Part shown: positions 60,195-64,000 of the stretch, piece by piece
Numbering within the stretch: position 1 is the first letter of the stretch
Layout: each line of letters begins with the position of its first letter
From: an uncultured Bacteroidales bacterium
GTDB lineage: Bacteria; Bacteroidota; Bacteroidia; Bacteroidales; Paludibacteraceae
Length of the DNA stretch: 64,000 nt
Direction: 5' to 3'
NCBI GenBank assembly: GCA_946185835.1
Contig: CAMHKW010000006.1
Location: 3,868-67,867, forward strand
Notes under the pieces: generated by a model
The model's database searches: none
What the model saw: only the letters and a program-made list of their open reading frames with translations
Told to the model about the DNA's origin: nothing
Translations under genes and position numbers: made by a program

Positions 60195-61539
60195 ACAGTC
60201 TATTCCAACGAATATGTCCTTTGCCCCATGGTTGGTCTTTCTCTATCGAGAGCCAGATGAAGACAGGCCGTCCGACGATATGGTCTTCGGGCACGAATCC
60301 CCAGTAACGCGAGTCGGCTGAGTTATGCCGGTTGTCGCCCATCATCCAGTAGTAGTTCATCTTGAACTCATACTCTTGACCAATCTGAGCCGTAGAGTGC
60401 TCGTAGGTCTCGATGACGCGCTTATAAAGCCAGTAGTTTTCTTCGGTTAGCAGTATGCGGTCTCCTCGACGAGGAATGTAGATAGGTCCGTAGTCGTCGC
60501 GCGACCACTCGTTATGTCCTAACGGATATACCTGATGCATCACATCGGCTTCGATAGTCACCGACTCGATGTTGGTATTATTCTCTATCTTATGCTTCAT
60601 CTGCGCGGTGAGTGGCAGCAGGTATGTCACGCCCTCGGCGCTGTTGCTCAGTCCTTGCGCTGCCACCTCTTGCGGTGCGAGAATGCGGCGGTCGTCGACC
60701 GACACGCCGAGTTTGGTGAGGTATTCGTTTGTCAGACGCCCTTTCTTTGTCTGCACTAAATAGTTATATTGCACCCCTTCGTTATCGCGAAGCGTGTCGC
60801 CATTGATAAACACCTGGTTGCTGACAATCTGCAAGGTGTCACCGGGTTCGCCCACACAGCGTTTGACGTAGTTCTCGCGACGGTCGACAGGGCGATAGAC
60901 GATATCACCAAATATATCCTTACGTTTGTTTACCATGTCGTGTCCGTAGAAATGGCATAGGGTATAGTAGTCGGGATTTTGCACCTTCAAGCACACGGTA
61001 TCGCCCGCGGGGAAGTTAAACACCACAATATCGTTTTTCGAGGGTTGGTCCCAACCTTTCAACCGACGGTATTTCCATTGCGGGTGCTCGATAAACGACT
61101 TGGTACCACCAAGCCATTTGGGAAAGGTGTGTTGCACGAGCGGAAACGAAAGGGGGGTATTGGGTACTCGAGCACCGTATGATGCCTTCGAGACAAACAA
61201 GAAGTCACCCACACGCAAGCTCTTCTCAAGCGAAGAGGATGGTATCTGGTAGTTCTGGAAAAAATATAGGTTGATAAAATACACGGCTACCAAAGCAAAC
61301 ACGATGGCATCTATCCACGAGAAGATAGTATAGAGTGTGGCATTGGTATCTTTGAAACGCTTCCACCATGTCCACGGGATGTACTTCGTTACAAAGGCAT
61401 CGAAGATAAGGGGTAGCAGCAGTACCCACCACCAGTTGCCGTGCCATACAAGAAACAAGAGGTATAGCGTTCCCCACACCGCAAAGCGTATCCACTGTCC
61501 GCGAGTGGCTTGTTGTATTCGTCTTTTAAAATCTTCCAT
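60175..61539 (-). CDS. lepB: signal peptidase I
   Basis: 454 aa with TM helices, catalytic SSSLEKSLRVGDFLFVSK, and GDNRHNSADSRYWGFV. Confidence 0.9.
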   Translation of the reverse strand: MEDFKRRIQQATRGQWIRFAVWGTLYLLFLVWHGNWWWVLLLPLIFDAFVTKYIPWTWWKRFKDTNATLYTIFSWIDAIVFALVAVYFINLYFFQNYQIPSSSLEKSLRVGDFLFVSKASYGARVPNTPLSFPLVQHTFPKWLGGTKSFIEHPQWKYRRLKGWDQPSKNDIVVFNFPAGDTVCLKVQNPDYYTLCHFYGHDMVNKRKDIFGDIVYRPVDRRENYVKRCVGEPGDTLQIVSNQVFINGDTLRDNEGVQYNYLVQTKKGRLTNEYLTKLGVSVDDRRILAPQEVAAQGLSNSAEGVTYLLPLTAQMKHKIENNTNIESVTIEADVMHQVYPLGHNEWSRDDYGPIYIPRRGDRILLTEENYWLYKRVIETYEHSTAQIGQEYEFKMNYYWMMGDNRHNSADSRYWGFVPEDHIVGRPVFIWLSIEKDQPWGKGHIRWNRLFDDATH

Positions 61540-61592
61540 AAGTCATTATTTTAGCCGGCTACTATGACCGGCGATTACTTTTTTTGAGCCTG

Positions 61593-61624
61593 CAAAGTTA
61601 AGCATAATTCATTTACCACGCAAA
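61593..61624 (-). promoter_or_regulatory. Bacteroides-type promoter for lepB
   Basis: Minus strand TTTG(61624-61621)-N20-TAacTTTG(61600-61593). Confidence 0.6.
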
Positions 61625-61626
61625 CG

Positions 61627-62376
61627 TCAGTTCGTTTTTTCTGCATGTCGGGTCACCAATACCGATATCTCGTACAGAGCGTACAGTGGCAATGCGGTGA
61701 CGAGCAGGGTGAAGGCATCGCCCGAGGGAGTAATGACTGCCGACAAGCACAATATCGCCACCACGGCATACTTGCGGTAGCGGCTGAGCCACTCAGGTCT
61801 GATGAGTCCGAGTCGGGCAAGCAGGTAACATAGCACCGGCAGTTCGAATATCAGTCCCATCAGCATTAGCATAGGCAGCATCATCGACACATACGATTCG
61901 AGAGTGATGAGGTTGTCGATTTCGGCGCTTACCTGATACGAACCGAGAAAGAGCACCGTGAGAGGGAAGATGATATAATATGCCACCAACACTCCTATAC
62001 AGAACATCAGATACGACACTATAAGCAGACGGACGGAGAGACGCCGCTCGCTTTGGTAAAGAGCCGGAGAGACGAAACGCATCAGCTCGAAAAGCAGATA
62101 TGGCATCGAGAGCAGCAGACCCGCCACAAGCGACATGCGGATATGCACCATAAACTGCCCGGCAAGAGAGGTGTTGATCATAGTCAGCGACACCTGCATA
62201 TCACCGACGAACCGCTGTAAGAACACAAACAGCGGGAAGTCGGCTTGAGTAGGAGCTGTCACCACCTCGAACAGCTGTCGGCGAAAGCAAAACGCAACAA
62301 TGCTGCATAGCACAAAAGCTATGAGCATACGTATCAGATGACCGCGCAACACATCCAAGTGCTGCCAGAAAGTCAT
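61627..62376 (-). CDS. tatC: twin-arginine translocase subunit TatC
   Basis: ATG 62376 (MTFWQHLDVLRGHL); the tracked ORF starts at an upstream TTG at 62430. Six TM helices. Confidence 0.85.
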   Translation of the reverse strand: MTFWQHLDVLRGHLIRMLIAFVLCSIVAFCFRRQLFEVVTAPTQADFPLFVFLQRFVGDMQVSLTMINTSLAGQFMVHIRMSLVAGLLLSMPYLLFELMRFVSPALYQSERRLSVRLLIVSYLMFCIGVLVAYYIIFPLTVLFLGSYQVSAEIDNLITLESYVSMMLPMLMLMGLIFELPVLCYLLARLGLIRPEWLSRYRKYAVVAILCLSAVITPSGDAFTLLVTALPLYALYEISVLVTRHAEKTN

Positions 62377-62450
62377 GTTTTCCGATGATGACGACTCAGC
62401 CGACAAAAATACAAGCTTACTAACAGGCAATGCTCCCGAGCATCACCATC

Positions 62451-62687
62451 TTACTTATCCTCAGGCTCCTGCGAATATTTATTATTCGAGTCTGCCTTTT
62501 GAGAATACTTACTATTCGACTCTGCCTTTTGCGACTCCTCTTCGTTGCCGTTAAGACCGTCTTTGAAACTTTTTACTCCTTTACCCATACCGCGCATCAG
62601 CTCCGGTATCTTAGCTCCGCCAAACAAGAGTAAAACAACCAAGGCTATAATCAGAAGCTCTTGCGTGCCTATAAATAACAGCTGCAT
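62451..62687 (-). CDS. tatA: twin-arginine translocase subunit TatA/E
   Basis: 78 aa with ELLIIALVVLLLFGGAKIPELMRGMGKGVKSFK. Confidence 0.85.
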   Translation of the reverse strand: MQLLFIGTQELLIIALVVLLLFGGAKIPELMRGMGKGVKSFKDGLNGNEEESQKAESNSKYSQKADSNNKYSQEPEDK

Positions 62688-62729
62688 AATGATGATTTTT
62701 AAGTTATTGTGTCAGTAATAAAAACTTAT

Positions 62730-63971
62730 CTACCCTTCCCGCAGTTTCTCAACCAGTTGGTTGATGCCGTTGAGTCGCTTGGGTATGTTGATATGTTGCG
62801 GGCAGTGCGGCTTACATTGGTTACATTCGATACAGTGGTCTGCCTGTCGTTCGCGCTCTACATTGCGTTGATAGTCGATAAGAAAGCGTCGGCGTGCCTT
62901 GCCGTAGGCGGGGTCGTTGAGGTCGGTCACCACCTGTCCGCGGTTGATGTTGCGGTTATAGGTAGCGAAGATAGTGGGTATGTCGATACCGTAAGGGCAG
63001 GGCATGCAGTATTGGCAGGCGGTGCAAGGCACCAACGGATAGCTCACGTAGTTGTCAGCTATGCGTTCGAGCATCTCGAGCTCTTCGTCAGACAACGGCT
63101 TGAAGGGGCAGAACGTGCGCAGGTTGTCTTGCAGATGTTCCATGTAGGTCATGCCACTCAGCACCGAGAGTATACCCTGTTGGTTGCCTGCAAAACGGAA
63201 AGCCCAAGAGGCAACCGAACGTTGCGGCTCGCGTTGCTTGAGTTGCGAAGTGGCATATTGGTTAAGCGAAGCCAGACTACCACCAAGCAACGGCTCCATC
63301 ACAAAGACGGGGATATGTAGCTTCTCAAGCTCGGTATACAGATACTCGGAGTTGGAGTTGCGGGCGTTAACCTGCTTGGCATGGTGCCAATCGACGAAGT
63401 TATGCTGTATGAGCACAAAGTCCCAATCGTATTTGTCGTTCAGACTGAGCAGATAGTCGAACATGTCGGTCTCGCCATGGAAAGAGAAGCCAAGGTTGCG
63501 GATACGACCCGCAGCACGCTCAGAGACCAAGAAGTCGAGTACTCCGTTGTCCACATAGCGGCGACGGAAGTTCTCAAGACCTCCCATGCCTAAGCCATGC
63601 AACAGATAGAAGTCTATATAGTCGGTCTGCAGATACTCAAGCGACCGGCGGTACATATCCACACTCTGCTTGTAACCCCAGGTGTCGGGGGCGAAGTTCG
63701 ACAGTTTGGTAGATATATAATAGCTGCTGCGCGGGTGTCGCGACAGCGCTATGCCTGTAGCACGTTCCGAGTAGCCCTTGCAATAGGCGGGAGAGGTGTC
63801 GAACAGGTTCACACCATGTTCTATGGCATAGTCGACAAGTCGGTTGACCTCTGCCTGGTCGATGTCGCTATCCGACTCCCGCGCCGAGGTGCCTGCTACG
63901 GTAGGCCAGCGCATACACCCGTAGCCAAGCAGAGAGACACGCTCACCATGCTTTCCTCTACGGTATTCCAT
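62730..63971 (-). CDS. aldo/keto reductase with C-terminal 4Fe-4S ferredoxin-type domain
   Basis: 413 aa. The AKR N-terminus has LGYGCMR and FDTSPAYC. C-terminal clusters are CTACQYCMPCP and CIECNQCKPHCP. Confidence 0.85.
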   Translation of the reverse strand: MEYRRGKHGERVSLLGYGCMRWPTVAGTSARESDSDIDQAEVNRLVDYAIEHGVNLFDTSPAYCKGYSERATGIALSRHPRSSYYISTKLSNFAPDTWGYKQSVDMYRRSLEYLQTDYIDFYLLHGLGMGGLENFRRRYVDNGVLDFLVSERAAGRIRNLGFSFHGETDMFDYLLSLNDKYDWDFVLIQHNFVDWHHAKQVNARNSNSEYLYTELEKLHIPVFVMEPLLGGSLASLNQYATSQLKQREPQRSVASWAFRFAGNQQGILSVLSGMTYMEHLQDNLRTFCPFKPLSDEELEMLERIADNYVSYPLVPCTACQYCMPCPYGIDIPTIFATYNRNINRGQVVTDLNDPAYGKARRRFLIDYQRNVERERQADHCIECNQCKPHCPQHINIPKRLNGINQLVEKLREG

Positions 63972-64000
63972 CTTGTCGGTTGGTATGTCACCTAATGCAG

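Noticed and set aside
1-64000. Defence island, prophage, integrative element or toxin-antitoxin system.
   Set aside because: I found no integrase, transposase, phage structural, restriction-modification, Cas, retron RT, CBASS/Thoeris-type or TA-like gene among the 54 CDS. YraN is a conserved housekeeping-type endonuclease-fold protein in an ordinary context.

Overview
This is a chromosomal, mostly housekeeping segment that looks like Bacteroidota (Bacteroidales-like). The evidence is a cargo protein with a T9SS C-terminal sorting domain, TonB-dependent receptors, many lipobox lipoproteins, repeated -33 TTTG / -7 TAnnTTTG promoter motifs, and A/T-rich leaders without Shine-Dalgarno sequences. 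I call 54 protein-coding genes, including recF, prs, sufC, a short sufD, yidC, glyQS, ilvE, lepB, tatA, tatC, secG, pdxB, a DPP-III peptidase, an aroA-like fusion and two sigma-54 activators. I saw no rRNA, tRNA, CRISPR array, transposase, integrase or phage genes, and no recognisable defence system. All family names come from motifs read by eye; no database search was run. Two kinds of content stand out. (1) Non-coding: almost every intergenic spacer is built from short tandem 'stutter' repeats. These include 7-bp and 8-bp arrays and 20-99 bp duplications that often copy the last codons and stop codon of the upstream gene. Two dispersed families also occur: a ~64-nt structured REP/MITE-like element (5 long copies plus short hairpin forms) and a perfect 20-24 nt palindrome, AGACGGTATATATACCGTCT. 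(2) Protein architecture: a compact EPSP-synthase-like domain fused in frame to a membrane GT2 glycosyltransferase; a sufC plus half-length sufD pair with no adjacent sufB or sufS; a lipoprotein-signal DUF362-DUF1893 fusion inside a cluster of surface lipoprotein, lipase and OM-barrel genes; a T9SS cargo with six Cys-bracketed ~45-aa modules; a sigma-54 activator carrying GAFTDA instead of GAFTGA; and an orphan radical-SAM activase-like gene. I cannot show that any of these is a new multi-gene system. The repeat families and the AroA-GT2 fusion are the best candidates for follow-up.
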